Source: an uncultured delta proteobacterium (lineage in GTDB: Bacteria > Myxococcota_A > Polyangia > Palsa-1104). Taken from it: DNA of 64,000 bases. Where the stretch lies: the NCBI GenBank assembly GCA_963785725.1, contig CAWAWS010000015.1, positions 128,001 to 192,000 on the forward strand, given 5' to 3'. The position numbers and the translations under genes were made by a program. Shown piece after piece: positions 52,172 to 63,053 of the stretch (the first letter of the stretch is position 1; every line of letters starts with the position of its first letter). The notes under the pieces are model-generated. The model was not told the origin of the DNA. It made no database searches and worked only from the letters and a program-made list of their open reading frames with translations.

Positions 52172-53767
52172 ATGTCCGCCGCCAGCGCCGCCGCCAGCCT
52201 TCCCGTCGCCCACGCGCGACCGGCGGCGGCCATCAACAAGTGGGCCATCGCCGCCGCCGTCGCGCTCGGCGCGCTGCTCGAGGTCGTCGACACCAGCATC
52301 GTCAACGTCGCGCTCACCGACATGCAGGCGTCGCTCGGCGCGACGCTCGAGCGAGGTCGAGCTGGGTCGTCTCCAGCTACGCCGTCGCCAACGTCATCAT
52401 CTTGCCGATGACGGCGTGGCTCGGCGATCGCTTCGGCAAGAAGCGCTACTTCGTCTTCTCGCTCATCGCGTTCACGCTGTCGTCGATTCTGTGCGGCTTC
52501 GCGACGACGCTGCCGATGCTCATCGTCGCGCGCGTCCTGCAAGGGCTCGGCGGCGGCGGTCTGCTCGCGAAGGCGCAGTCGATCCTCTTCGAGACGTTCC
52601 CGAAAGAGGAGCAGGCGATGGCGCAGGGCTTCTTCGGCGTCATCGTCATCGCCGGTCCGGCGATCGGCCCCACGCTCGGCGGCTGATCTGACGACCAACG
52701 TCAACTGGCGCTGGATCTTCTTCATCAACATTCCCGTCGGCATCGTCGCCGTCATCATGTGCCTGACGTTCTTGCCGAAGGACGAGGAGGGCACGCGTCG
52801 CCCCGGCGGCATCGACTGGCTGGCGATCGGCCTGCTCGTCGCCGGCTTGGGCGCGCTGCAGACGGTGCTCGAAGAAGGGCAGAGCGACGACTGGTTCGCG
52901 TCGACGTTCATTCGCGCCTTCTCGGTCATCGCGGTCGTGGGCATCGTCGCCTTCATCTGGCGCGAGCTGCGCACGAAGAATCCGGTCGTCGACCTGCGCG
53001 TCTTGAAGCATCGCTCGCTGTGGGCGGGCAGCATCCTGTCGGTCGTCATCGGCATGGCGCTGTACGGCGCGCTCTTCGCGGTGCCGATCTTCGCCGAGTC
53101 GATCATGCACTATACGTCGCAGCAGGTCGGCATGCTGCTCTTGCCGGGCGCGCTCGTCTCGGCGGTGATGATGCCGCTCGTCGCCAAGCTGCTCGGCAAA
53201 TACGACGCGCGCGTGCTCCTCGTGTTCGGCGCCCTGATCCTGGCCGGCGCCGTGCTGCAGCTGAGCCATATGTCGCCGCAGACGGGCGGCCGCGACTTCT
53301 TCTGGCCGCTGATTCTGCGCGCCATCGGCACGGTCATGATGTACTTGCCGCTGAGCATGGCGACGCTGGGGCCGATTCCGAAGAAGGACGTCTCGGCGGC
53401 GTCGGGCTTCTACAACCTGACCCGCCAGCTCGGCGGCTCCATCGGCGTCGCGCTCCTGACGACGATGTTGGCGCGCCGCAACGCCTTCCACCGCTCGATC
53501 CTCGTCGAGAAGTTGGGCGCCATCGCGCCGGCGGTCGTCGAGCGCGTGCATCAGCTGACCGGCGTGTTCTTGGCGCAAGGCTTCCCGCTCGCCGACGCGC
53601 AGACCAAGGCGCTCGCGGTGCTCGACGGCAGCGTCAGCCTGCAGGCGTCGGTGTTGTCGTTCGGCGATACGTTCTTGGCGACGGCGGTGCTCATCGTCAT
53701 CACGCTGCCGCTCGTGTTCCTGCTCGGCAAGGTCGACCGCGGCAGCAAAGTCGAGATGGGGCATTAG
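52172..53767 (+). CDS. emrB: DHA2 family efflux permease; three apparent 1-base insertions (~52349, ~52359, ~52685)
   Basis: LEVVDTSIVNVAL, WVVSSYAVAN, RVLQGLGGG, GPTLGG, WRWIFFINIPVG spread across frames. Confidence 0.88.
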
Positions 53768-54002
53768 CCGCGACGACACCGCCCACGGTTCATGAGCGCA
53801 TCATGAATGATTCATGATCGCGTCCCGCCTACGTTTTTCGCCCGATAGCGAACGCCGATTTTTCCCCACGAAAGTAGATTCGCCCGCGCAGCGACGGTAG
53901 GCTGGCGCGCGCGGGTGGTCGTCCTGTGTGTCGTTTTCGCGCGACCCCTTGCAACGGCTACAGCGGTGCTTGTACTTCCGCGAGCCCTAGACAAGGAGCC
54001 CT

Positions 54003-54866
54003 ATGCGGCGACTCTCGGCAGTGCTGCTCGCGACGCTGACCCTCCTCGCTCCGGCGGCCGCGCGCGCAGATAAGACGGAGGCGTTCACGCACGACGAATC
54101 GCCGTACGAATTGCGGCTCGACATCGACATCGCGGCCGTCGTGCTCGGCGGCGTCTTGTGGGGCGGCACGACGCTCATCGGCAACACGGTGCCACCCTCG
54201 TACTGCGGCACCTCGACGACGCCTGCTTGCAATGCGAAGAACCTCAACGCCTTCGATCGCTTGGCGCTGGGCCACTCGAGCCAGAGCGCGCGCACCGCCG
54301 CCAACATCATCGAATTCGTTCCGCTGCTGTATCTGGCCATCGACATCGGCGACGTCGGGCTCAAGCATTGGAAGACCTATTTGACCGACTTATGGGTCTT
54401 CGCCGAGGTGCTGGGCTGGAACGGCGGCATCCAGGACGTCGTGCGTCGCGCGGTGCGCCGGCCGCGGCCGTTCATGTACACGCCCGGCCTGTACTCGCAG
54501 AGCGAGCGCGACGCCCCCGACGCGGGCATGTCGTTCTACTCCGGCCACACGGCGTTCGCGTTCGCCATCGCCACGACGGCGGCCTATACGTTCACGCTGC
54601 GCCATCCGCACTGGTGGGTGCGCTGGCTGGTGTGGCCGAGCTTGATGTTGGTGGCGTCGGTCGAGCCGTTTCTGCGCGTCTACTCGGGCGACCACTTTCC
54701 GACCGACGTCATCGTCGGCGCCGTCGCCGGCTCGGCGGTCGGCCTGTTGATTCCGGCGCTGCATCGTCGCACGGCGCGCTCGCCGTCGAAGATCCTGACC
54801 GGCATGCGCCTCGTCCCGGTGCAGACCAACACGTCGACGACGCTCTCGCTCGTGGGAATGTGGTAG
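54003..54866 (+). CDS. PAP2-family phosphatase
   Basis: RRAVRRPRP, SFYSGH, RVYSGDHFPTDV. Confidence 0.9.
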   Translation: MRRLSAVLLATLTLLAPAAARADKTEAFTHDESPYELRLDIDIAAVVLGGVLWGGTTLIGNTVPPSYCGTSTTPACNAKNLNAFDRLALGHSSQSARTAANIIEFVPLLYLAIDIGDVGLKHWKTYLTDLWVFAEVLGWNGGIQDVVRRAVRRPRPFMYTPGLYSQSERDAPDAGMSFYSGHTAFAFAIATTAAYTFTLRHPHWWVRWLVWPSLMLVASVEPFLRVYSGDHFPTDVIVGAVAGSAVGLLIPALHRRTARSPSKILTGMRLVPVQTNTSTTLSLVGMW

Positions 54867-54867
54867 C

Positions 54868-55392
54868 TCAGCCGACTTCGACGACGGTCCACTCGCGCGT
54901 CTCACCGCCGATGGTGACGTCGATCTGATCGCCGGCGCGCCGTCCGAGGAGCGCGCGACCAACCGGCGACGCCGGCGTAATCACCGACAGAAAGCCGTCG
55001 CCGCCCGGTCCGGTCAGCTCGGTGCCGGCGCCGACGGGCAAGAGAATGAACGTGCGCTCCTGGCTGCCGTCGTCGCCGTCGACCGCGACGTCGATGACGG
55101 CGCCGAGGCCGATCGGGCTCTTGGCGCGAAAATCGGGCACGCCCGAGCGCACGAACGCCGCCAGCTGCTGCAGCTCCTCTTGCACCTTGCGAGCGCGCGC
55201 CGATTGCCCGGTCGCCAAGCTGCCGAACTCGATGGCCGCGCGCCCGTCCTCCTTCTTCTCCGACTCGGTCTGCAGCGTGCGCGCCGCCTCGCGCGCCTCG
55301 TCGCCGGCGCGGCGCGCCACCTCGTCCGACTGCTTGAGCCGCGCCGCCAGCTGCTCGATGAAGTGCTGCTTGTTGAAGCCCATGTCCTCCAT
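54868..55392 (-). CDS. GreA/GreB-like protein
   Basis: N-terminal coiled coil, IGLGAVI, VITPASPVGRALLGRRAGD. Confidence 0.82.
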   Translation of the reverse strand: MEDMGFNKQHFIEQLAARLKQSDEVARRAGDEAREAARTLQTESEKKEDGRAAIEFGSLATGQSARARKVQEELQQLAAFVRSGVPDFRAKSPIGLGAVIDVAVDGDDGSQERTFILLPVGAGTELTGPGGDGFLSVITPASPVGRALLGRRAGDQIDVTIGGETREWTVVEVG

Positions 55393-55450
55393 GTTAATCA
55401 GCTCGCGAAAGCTGACAATTTTCCGTCATTTTCGCGGCTAGAATCGGCCC

Positions 55451-56293
55451 ATGCGCCTTCGTTACGTGTTGGTCGACGTCTTCACCGAGCACAAGCTGCA
55501 AGGCAACCAATTGGCCGTGTTTCCCGAGGTCGACGCGACGATCGCGACGGCGCAGCTGCAGGCGTTGGCGCTCGAGCTGTCGCTGTCGGAGACGACGTTC
55601 GTCGTCGGGCGCGGCGAGCGCGGTCCGCGCGTGCGCATCTTCACGCCCGAGGTCGAGCTGCCGTTCGCGGGCCATCCGACGCTGGGCACGGCCGCCGTCG
55701 TCTCGCCCGGCCAAGCGGTGACGCTGGAGCTGAACGTCGGGCCCGTCGCCGTCGCCGTCGCGACGACGGCATACGGCTGGCGCGCCGAGCTCACGGCGCC
55801 GCCGGCCGGCAAGGTGCCGCTCGCCGCCGACGCCGCGACGCTGGCCGCGCGCTTCGGGCTCACGGCCGCCGCCGTCGATCGCAGCTTGCCCGCCGAGGCC
55901 TGGTCGTGCGGCAACGCGTTCGCGTATCTGCCGGTCGTCGACGCGGCGGCGGTGGCGCGCGCGCACATCTCGTCCGAGCCGCCGGCCGCGGGCGAGCCGC
56001 TCGGCGTCGTCGTGTTCGCCGTGGCCGGCGCCGAGGTGCATGCGCGCGTGTTCATCCCCGGCTCGCGCGTGCCCGAAGATCCGGCGACGGGCAGCGCCAA
56101 CGCGCCGCTGTGCGCCTATTTGCACGCGCACGGCCGCTTGGCGCTCGGTCAAACGCTGACGACGACGCAAGGCGTGGAGATGGGCCGCCCGAGCCGCTTG
56201 TGGGCGCGCCTCGAGCGCGACAGCGACGGCGTGTTGCGCCCGCGCGTCGCCGGCGGCGTCGTGCGCGTCGGCGAAGGCGCGTTCGAAATCTAG
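55451..56293 (+). CDS. PhzF-family isomerase
   Basis: VDVFT...GNQLAV, SETTF, ELPFAGHPTLG, EDPATGSA, QGVEMGRPS. Confidence 0.93.
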   Translation: MRLRYVLVDVFTEHKLQGNQLAVFPEVDATIATAQLQALALELSLSETTFVVGRGERGPRVRIFTPEVELPFAGHPTLGTAAVVSPGQAVTLELNVGPVAVAVATTAYGWRAELTAPPAGKVPLAADAATLAARFGLTAAAVDRSLPAEAWSCGNAFAYLPVVDAAAVARAHISSEPPAAGEPLGVVVFAVAGAEVHARVFIPGSRVPEDPATGSANAPLCAYLHAHGRLALGQTLTTTQGVEMGRPSRLWARLERDSDGVLRPRVAGGVVRVGEGAFEI

Positions 56294-57126
56294 AACGCCG
56301 AACGGGTTACCGTTCGCCGCGCGGTTCCGGCGACGACGCGCGCGAAATAGCGCCAGAAGCTGGGCTCGTTGAGCCGCGGATCGATGCGCCCCGCGATCTT
56401 CGCGTGCTCGGCGGCCGCCAAGCTCCAGTGCAGCTTCGGCTGCAAATGATGAACGGTGTGCAAGCCGGCGTTGAACAGATAGGCGTTGAAGAGGGCGCCC
56501 GTGAAGTTGCGCGAGCTGTCGAATTTCGAGCTCGGGACCGTGTCGGCGTGCTGGAAGAAGTTGAAGTTGGCGATGGCGTTGATGGCGATCTGCTGCGGCA
56601 ACACGACCGTCCACAAGGCCTTGCGCCAGTCGATCCACACGAGCAGCGCGATCGTCCCGTAGAGCAGCACGATGTGCGAGACGTGGAACCAGAAGTGGCT
56701 CGGGTTGCGACGATGGATCGTGGCCAGCGCGCGGCCCGCTTGTCGCGTCATGCCGCCGAGGCAGCGCGGGACGTACAGGATCGCGCCCACGAGATCGTTG
56801 CGATCGCCGACGTTGTGCGTGGAGGTGACGTCGAGCGTGGGCCGATTCTGGTGCGCGTGGTGGCTGCGATTGTGGATGGCGAGCCAGGCGATCGCCGGGC
56901 CGCCGTAAAAGAACGTGAGCCAATAGCCGGTCAGCGTGTTGAGCCGATCGTCTTTCCACATCGGCGCGTGATGATGGTTGTGCGCCAAGACCGCGACCGG
57001 CAGCGCCAACACGATCGCGAGCAGGACTAACACCGGGTGAACGCCCCAAATCCACTGGCCGACGCACACCGTCGTTACCGCCGTCATGACCGCTACGGAA
57101 CGATAATCGTCTTTGTATTTGAGCAT
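56290..57126 (-). CDS. Fatty acid desaturase family protein
   Basis: His boxes HNHHH, HNRSHH, QH...HTVHH; TM segments. Confidence 0.88.
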   Translation of the reverse strand: MLKYKDDYRSVAVMTAVTTVCVGQWIWGVHPVLVLLAIVLALPVAVLAHNHHHAPMWKDDRLNTLTGYWLTFFYGGPAIAWLAIHNRSHHAHQNRPTLDVTSTHNVGDRNDLVGAILYVPRCLGGMTRQAGRALATIHRRNPSHFWFHVSHIVLLYGTIALLVWIDWRKALWTVVLPQQIAINAIANFNFFQHADTVPSSKFDSSRNFTGALFNAYLFNAGLHTVHHLQPKLHWSLAAAEHAKIAGRIDPRLNEPSFWRYFARVVAGTARRTVTRSAF

Positions 57127-57264
57127 TTGCTAAAATGACGCAGCGTGCAATAAGCGTGCTTGACGCGGTGCGTGAGATCACGCGGGGTTTGCGCCTGGTC
57201 ACTGTGCGCTTTTGTCACGACTGGCGTCCGCAGCAGCCGATCTCCGCGCGTGTTACGATGAGGC

Positions 57265-57972
57265 GTGCGCGTCTCGTCCTTCGCCTGGTGCGCTCTGGCC
57301 GTGGTCGCCGCGTGCGGTGGAAACGGCAGCGGCGCCAGCGGTAACGGCGGCGGCACCAGCAGCGGCGGCGGCGAGGTCGGCGGCACGCCGGAGTCCGGCC
57401 GTGCGACGTATTACGACGCCACCGGCGCAGGCGCCTGCAGCTTCGACGCGACGCCGGACGACCTCGACGTCGCGGCGATGGACATGCCCGAGTGGAGCGG
57501 CAGCGCGCCTTGCGGCGAGTGCGTCGCCGTCAGCGGACCGAAGGGCAACGTCACGGTCCGCATCGTCGACTTGTGCCCCGGCTGCGAAAAGGGGCACCTC
57601 GACCTGAGCATGGAGGCGTTCGCCAAGATAGCCGACGTCTCCGCCGGCAACGTGCCCATCACGTGGTCGGTCGTCCCGTGCGACGTCACCGGCAACTTGC
57701 AATACCGCTACAAAGAGGGCAGCTCGCAGTACTGGACGGCCATTCAAGTGCGCAACTCGCGCCGCGCCATCGCCAAGCTCGAGGTGCAGACGGGCGGCGC
57801 CTGGCAGTCGGTCTCGCGCGCCAGCTACAACTACTTCGTCGACGCGGCCGGCATCGGCACGACGAGCGGCTTCATGGTCCGCGTGACCGCGAGCGACGGG
57901 CAACAGCTGGTCGACTCGTTGCCGCCGGTGCAGTCGGCGCTGGTCGCCACCGGCCTCGCGCAGTTCCAGTAG
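57265..57972 (+). CDS. Bacterial expansin (EXLX1-like) lipoprotein
   Basis: VAAC lipobox, ATYY...GACSF, CGEC, DLCPGC, HLDLS, KEGSSQYW, YNYF. Confidence 0.9.
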   Translation: MRVSSFAWCALAVVAACGGNGSGASGNGGGTSSGGGEVGGTPESGRATYYDATGAGACSFDATPDDLDVAAMDMPEWSGSAPCGECVAVSGPKGNVTVRIVDLCPGCEKGHLDLSMEAFAKIADVSAGNVPITWSVVPCDVTGNLQYRYKEGSSQYWTAIQVRNSRRAIAKLEVQTGGAWQSVSRASYNYFVDAAGIGTTSGFMVRVTASDGQQLVDSLPPVQSALVATGLAQFQ

Positions 57973-58020
57973 TCGCTCGTCGCGACTTGCACCGCGCGCC
58001 GGCGGGCGCAGAACCTGCGC

Positions 58021-58866
58021 ATGGCGCGTCCCTTGGAAATTCGCAGCAGCGGCTTGACCGATCGTGGCCGTGTCCGCGACCGCAACGAGGATCACTTCCT
58101 CGTCGCCGAGCTGCGCCGCATGATGGTCGTCGAGGCCACGAGCTTGTCGCAGCCGTCGGCGCTGTTCGGCTCGCATCGCGGTCACCTGTTGGCGGTCGCC
58201 GACGGAATGGGCGGCCATCGCGCCGGCGAGCAGGCGAGCGCGCTGGCCTTGGTCACCGTCGAGCAGTTCATGCTGAACACGCTGCGCTGGTTCCTGCAGC
58301 TCAAAGGCGAAGGCTCGCTCGTCGAGTTCCAAGAGGCGCTGCGCTCGGCCGACGCGCGTATCTTCGAGGCCGCGCGCAACGCGCCCGAGCTCAAGGGCAT
58401 GGGCACGACCTTGACGATGGCCTACGTCATCGACGGCACGCTCTATCTCGTGCACGCGGGCGACAGCCGCTGTTACCTGTTGCGCGCCGGCGAGCTCCAT
58501 CAGCTGACGCGCGATCACACGCTCGTCGCGCAGATGGTGCAAGCGGGCGCGCTGTCCGAGAGCGACGTCAAGACGAGCCCATTTCGCAACGTCATCACCA
58601 ACGCCGTCGGCGGCAACGATCCCGGCGTCAAAGCGGAGGTGAACAAGCTGACGCTGGAGGCCGACGACATCTTGATGCTGTGCTCGGACGGCTTGACGGG
58701 CATGGTGGCCGACGCCGACATCGCGCACGTGCTCAAGAGCGTGCGCGATCCGAGCGCGGCCTGCGCGCAGCTGGTCGCGCGCGCCAACGAGGCCGGCGGC
58801 GGCGACAACGTCACCGTCATCGTCGGCCGCGTCGAAGCCAGCCGCGAGCCCGAAACCCTAGAGTAA
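58021..58866 (+). CDS. PP2C-family Ser/Thr phosphatase
   Basis: RNED, VADGMGG, MGTT, HAGDSR, CSDGL, GGDNVT. Confidence 0.94.
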   Translation: MARPLEIRSSGLTDRGRVRDRNEDHFLVAELRRMMVVEATSLSQPSALFGSHRGHLLAVADGMGGHRAGEQASALALVTVEQFMLNTLRWFLQLKGEGSLVEFQEALRSADARIFEAARNAPELKGMGTTLTMAYVIDGTLYLVHAGDSRCYLLRAGELHQLTRDHTLVAQMVQAGALSESDVKTSPFRNVITNAVGGNDPGVKAEVNKLTLEADDILMLCSDGLTGMVADADIAHVLKSVRDPSAACAQLVARANEAGGGDNVTVIVGRVEASREPETLE

Positions 58867-58894
58867 CTAAGCGTAACCGAGTAACGAAGCGGGA

Positions 58895-59932
58895 CTAAGG
58901 CTGGGTCGTGCAGTCGCCGGTGTCGACGGCGTTGGGGACGACGGCCGGCGTGCCGTTGTAGCTCCAGGTCTGCGCGCAGGTGCTGTTGTCGATCTCTTTG
59001 GCCTGGTCGAGCACGGTGTACGTGCCGTCGGTGCCGTCGAACTCGACGAGCCAGAAGTTGTTGGGATCGTAGCGCGTGCCGCCCATCGTCCAGTGGAAGA
59101 CGTCGTTGTTGAAGGCGCTGGCGTCGACCCAGTGGTGGCTGTGGCCGGCCAAGAAGCCTTTGACGTTGGGGCTGGCGTCGAGCAGCTGCGGCAAGCCCGG
59201 ATAAGGCCCGGTCTCGTAGCTGTCGTAGAGCAGCCGGAAGATGTGGCTCATGACGATCGTCGGCTTGTTCTCTTGCAGCTGCGCCGTGGCCCAGGCCATT
59301 TGCGTGTCGCCCATCGAGGCCCAGCCGGTGTTGCAGTGCGGGCTGGTGAGGTCGAAGGTGTCGCCGCGCTGGCTGTCGATGAGCACGAACTTCCAGCCGT
59401 GATAGTCGACCGCCTGATAGGGCGGCTGGCCGAAGAACTCCATGAACCGATCTTCCGAGAACTGCCGATCGTAGCTGTCGGTGGTGTCGCCGCAGTCGAC
59501 CTCGTAGTCGTGGTTTCCCATCGTCATGTAGACCGGCATCGTGAACGTCTTGAAGATGTCGCGGGCGATGGAGTAGGCGTTGACGTTGTCGCGGTACCAC
59601 TGCGGATCGGTCGACAGATGCGCCTTGTGGACGACGTCGCCCATGACGAACACCATCGACGGCGGCGGCGTGATGGCGTTGATCGTGTCGCGCACGGCGT
59701 TCAAGCGGTCGACGGTGTGCACGATGCTGGCGTTGTCGACGTCGCTGTTCTCGGAGCAGCAGACATATTGCGGCCCGATGATGTGCGTGTCGGTGATGAA
59801 GACCGCGCGGAAGGTGTCGTGCGGCTTCGACTTGGCGGAGTTGCTGCAGCCGGCGACGATGAAGCAGCCGACCGCGGCGAAGGCGACGAATGAGCGCGAG
59901 CGAACCAAGAGCGACGACATGCCCGTGAGCAT
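58895..59932 (-). CDS. Calcineurin-like metallophosphoesterase lipoprotein
   Basis: VAGC lipobox, DTH, GD, GNHD, GHSH; start uncertain. Confidence 0.85.
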   Translation of the reverse strand: MLTGMSSLLVRSRSFVAFAAVGCFIVAGCSNSAKSKPHDTFRAVFITDTHIIGPQYVCCSENSDVDNASIVHTVDRLNAVRDTINAITPPPSMVFVMGDVVHKAHLSTDPQWYRDNVNAYSIARDIFKTFTMPVYMTMGNHDYEVDCGDTTDSYDRQFSEDRFMEFFGQPPYQAVDYHGWKFVLIDSQRGDTFDLTSPHCNTGWASMGDTQMAWATAQLQENKPTIVMSHIFRLLYDSYETGPYPGLPQLLDASPNVKGFLAGHSHHWVDASAFNNDVFHWTMGGTRYDPNNFWLVEFDGTDGTYTVLDQAKEIDNSTCAQTWSYNGTPAVVPNAVDTGDCTTQP

Positions 59933-60056
59933 CGAGCCTCCCATGCGAATCCTGGACGACGACCGCGAAACAATACCTCGTCGGAATGGAATCGGCAGGA
60001 GGCGAACGCGCGAACCGCTCTCGTCTTTTGTTGCGGCGCTCCGCGTCAAACAGGGG

Positions 60057-60815
60057 TCAGACGTGCTTTTCCACCGCGCTCAGGAGCTCGCGCACGTCGA
60101 GCGGCTTCGACAAGAACTCGTTCACGTGTAACGAACCGGCCTCGCGCTGGACGTCGGTCGTCGCCGATAGGATGATCACCGGAATCTGCGCCAGCCGCGG
60201 ATCGGCCAGCTGCGCCGTGCGGAAGGTCCAGCCGTCCATCACCGGCATCATGAGGTCGAGCAGCACGAGCCGCGGCAGGGATTCGCACTGCCGCAGCCAC
60301 GCCAGCGCGTCACGGCCGTTCGAGGCTTCGTGCACGGCCAGGCCTTCGAGCGCCAACAGCTGCGCGATCGACTCGCGGATCTCGTCGTCGTCCTCGACGA
60401 TCAGCACCGGATGCTCCTCGTTGCCGCGCTCGAGCAGCCGCCGCACCTCGGACAGGAGCGAATCCATCGAGCACGGCTTACTCAAGAACGCGTCACAGCC
60501 GCGGGCGCGCATCTCCTCGGCGTTGCGGCGCGCGAACTGCGCCGTCAGCATGACGACCGGCACTTTGGCGGTGCGCTCGTCCTGCTTGAGGAGGGTCATC
60601 GCCTCCGCGCCGTTCATGCCTTTGAGCTGATAGTCCATGACGACGAGGTCGGGCGAATGCTGCAGCGCCTTGCGGAGCACGTCGTCGCCGCTGTCGGCGC
60701 CGACGACGGAGAAGCCGGCTCCGGCGAGCACGTCGGAGTACAGCTCGTAGGTGTCCGCGTCATCCTCGACGAGCAGAATGGTGAACTGACTTCGGTCCCG
60801 AGTCGACAGATGCAT
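60057..60815 (-). CDS. Response regulator of two tandem receiver domains
   Basis: LLVEDD...MDYQ...KP and LIVEDD...LDLMMP...KP; no output domain. Confidence 0.9.
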   Translation of the reverse strand: MHLSTRDRSQFTILLVEDDADTYELYSDVLAGAGFSVVGADSGDDVLRKALQHSPDLVVMDYQLKGMNGAEAMTLLKQDERTAKVPVVMLTAQFARRNAEEMRARGCDAFLSKPCSMDSLLSEVRRLLERGNEEHPVLIVEDDDEIRESIAQLLALEGLAVHEASNGRDALAWLRQCESLPRLVLLDLMMPVMDGWTFRTAQLADPRLAQIPVIILSATTDVQREAGSLHVNEFLSKPLDVRELLSAVEKHV

Positions 60816-61009
60816 CGCTATGTAAGGATAGCTGGCTCGATGTCAGGCGGTAGTAAAACTGCGCAGCAAAGCGCTCGCGTCAGTCGTCGCCGCCCGGGCT
60901 CGCCGTTGCGGCGCCTCGTGTTTCGCCCGTACCAGCCGGCGGCCGAGCCGGCCGCCGATCATGCAACTGCGCGGGAGTCGTCACCTAATCGCGAACGGAG
61001 CGATCCGGT

Positions 61010-61025
61010 TGGCACGCTCCTTGGA
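61010..61025 (+). promoter_or_regulatory. Putative sigma54 promoter of amtB
   Basis: TGGCACG-CTCC-TTGGA: consensus -24, variant -12. Confidence 0.6.
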
Positions 61026-61107
61026 CGACCTGCCCAGCCAAGAATTTACACGGAATAAACATGGCCGATAACGCCCTGCAACCGATTCTGGCTAAGCCTT
61101 TGGGGAC

Positions 61108-62434
61108 ATGAGCGCTTCGATCAACAGCGGTGACACGGCGTGGATGTTGGTCTCGACGGCGATGGTCATGTTGATGACGCCGGGGCTGGCGCTGTTCTAC
61201 GGCGGCATGGTGCAGCGCAAGAACGTGCTGTCGACGTTCATGCACTGCTTCTTCGCGCTCGGCCTCGTGACCTTGCAGTGGGCCGTCATCGGCTACTCGC
61301 TGGCGTTCGCGCCGACGCATCACGGGCTCATCGGCGGCTTCGACTACGCCTTCTTGCGCGGCGTCGGCATGACGCCGCAGCCGGGCGCGACCATCCCGCA
61401 CCTCGGTCTTCATGATGTACCAGTGCATGTTCGCGGTGATCACGCCCGCGCTCATCGCCGGCGCCTTCGCCGAGCGCATGAAGTTCTCGGCCTACTGCCT
61501 CTTCATCGTCTTGTGGTCGACGTTCGTCTACGACCCGCTGGCGCATTGGGTGTGGGGACCGGACGGCTGGCTGGTCAAGCGCGGCGCGCTCGATTTCGCC
61601 GGCGGCACCGTCGTCCACTTGTCGTCGGGCATCTCGGCGCTCGTCGCCGCCATCGTCGTCGGTGGACGCATCGGCTATCCCAAGATGCGCCACGCGCCGC
61701 ACAACGTCACCATGACCGTCACCGGCGCCGGCCTCTTGTGGTTCGGCTGGTTCGGCTTCAACGGCGGCTCGGCGCTGGCGTCGAACGGCTTGGCCGGCCT
61801 CGCGTTCGCCAACACGCACTTGGCCGCCGCCGCCGGCGCCGTCGCCTGGGGCTTCGTCGAGCGCATCCGCGTGCAGAAGGTGACGATGCTCGGCGTCGCC
61901 TCGGGGCTCGTCGCCGGCTTGGTCGGCATCACGCCCGCGGCCGGCTTCGTGTCGCCGATGGCCGCCATCGTCATCGGTCTCGCCGCCGGCGTCGTCTGCT
62001 ACGGCGGCGTGCTCCTGAAGTCGCGCTTCCGTTACGACGACGCGCTCGACGCGTTCGGCGTGCACGGCGTCGGCGGCGCGCTGGGCGCGGTCTTGACCGG
62101 CGTCTTCGCGGCCAAGGCCTTCAACCCCGCCGGCGCCGACGGCCTCTTGCTCGGCGGCGTCTCGGTGTTCGTCACGCAGCTCATCGGCATCGCCGCCGCC
62201 GGCGCGTATGCGGCCGTCATCAGCTTCGTGCTCCTCAAGATCATCGACGCGACGCTCGGCCTGCGCGCGCCGGCCGAAGAGGAGGGCGAAGGGCTCGATG
62301 CCACGCAGCACGGCGAATCCGGCTACGAGCTCGGCGTCGTCGGCGCCAGCGACGCCATGCACGCCGTGGCCAGCGAAGACGAGCCGGCGCCGAGCGGCCA
62401 CGGCTCGCTCACGCACGCCCGCAGCGCCAGCTAA
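61108..62434 (+). CDS. amtB: Ammonium transporter; one frameshift near 61405
   Basis: MTPGLALFYGG, DFAGGTVVH, WFGWFGFNGGS, GITPAAG, DDALDAFGVHG. Confidence 0.95.
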
Positions 62435-62477
62435 GTCAGTCCCAAACGTCGTCGAAGACGTTCCAGCCGTAGCGCGT

Positions 62478-62957
62478 CTAGCCGCAGCATTTCTTGTGTT
62501 TCTTGCCGCTGCCGCACGGGCAGGGCTCGTTGCGGCCGACGGTGACGGCGCGCGCGGCCACCGGCGGCGCGACGTGCACGCCGTCGCGATAGCACCAGCG
62601 GCCGTCGGCGCGAATGAAGCGTGAGCGCTCGTGGTGGCGCTGCTCGCGGCCGTCGGCTCGATAGCGCGCCGCGAACTCGACGACACCGGCCGCTTCGTCG
62701 ACGGCGAGGATGGTCAAGCCGAGCCAGTCGGAGTCGCGCGCCCAGCGGCCGATGGCGCGGCGGTCGAGCGTGGCACGCGTGGCAGGGTCGTGCGTGTCGA
62801 CGATGTAATCGATGGCGCCGCGCACGTGCGCCGTGTAGCGCGAGCGCATGAGCGCCTCGGCGGTGGGTGCGGCGGCGCCGGCGATGAGCGGGCCGCAGCA
62901 GTCGGCGAAGGCGCGGCCGCTGCCGCACGGGCAGGCTGCGAGGTCGGGCTGCGTCAT
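62478..62957 (-). CDS. ychJ: YchJ-family SEC-C motif protein
   Basis: CPCGSG...[40 protein letters not shown]. Confidence 0.9.
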   Translation of the reverse strand: MTQPDLAACPCGSGRAFADCCGPLIAGAAAPTAEALMRSRYTAHVRGAIDYIVDTHDPATRATLDRRAIGRWARDSDWLGLTILAVDEAAGVVEFAARYRADGREQRHHERSRFIRADGRWCYRDGVHVAPPVAARAVTVGRNEPCPCGSGKKHKKCCG

Positions 62958-63053
62958 GCCTCTTCGTAGCGCCATCGAGCGGCGCTGCCAACCTTTGTCA
63001 CCGGTCGGTGTTGCCCTCTTCAGCACTGCGCGCACCGCCAACTAGAGGACGCA

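Noticed and set aside
52172..53767. emrB as a true pseudogene
   Set aside because: Three single-base insertions restore a full-length conserved protein; matches the window-wide error pattern
53955..53970. GG-N10-GC element upstream of the PAP2 gene
   Set aside because: Weak match beyond the dinucleotides; expected by chance at this GC content
55451..57126. PhzF plus desaturase as a biosynthetic cluster
   Set aside because: Convergent genes with no other phenazine, PKS or NRPS genes
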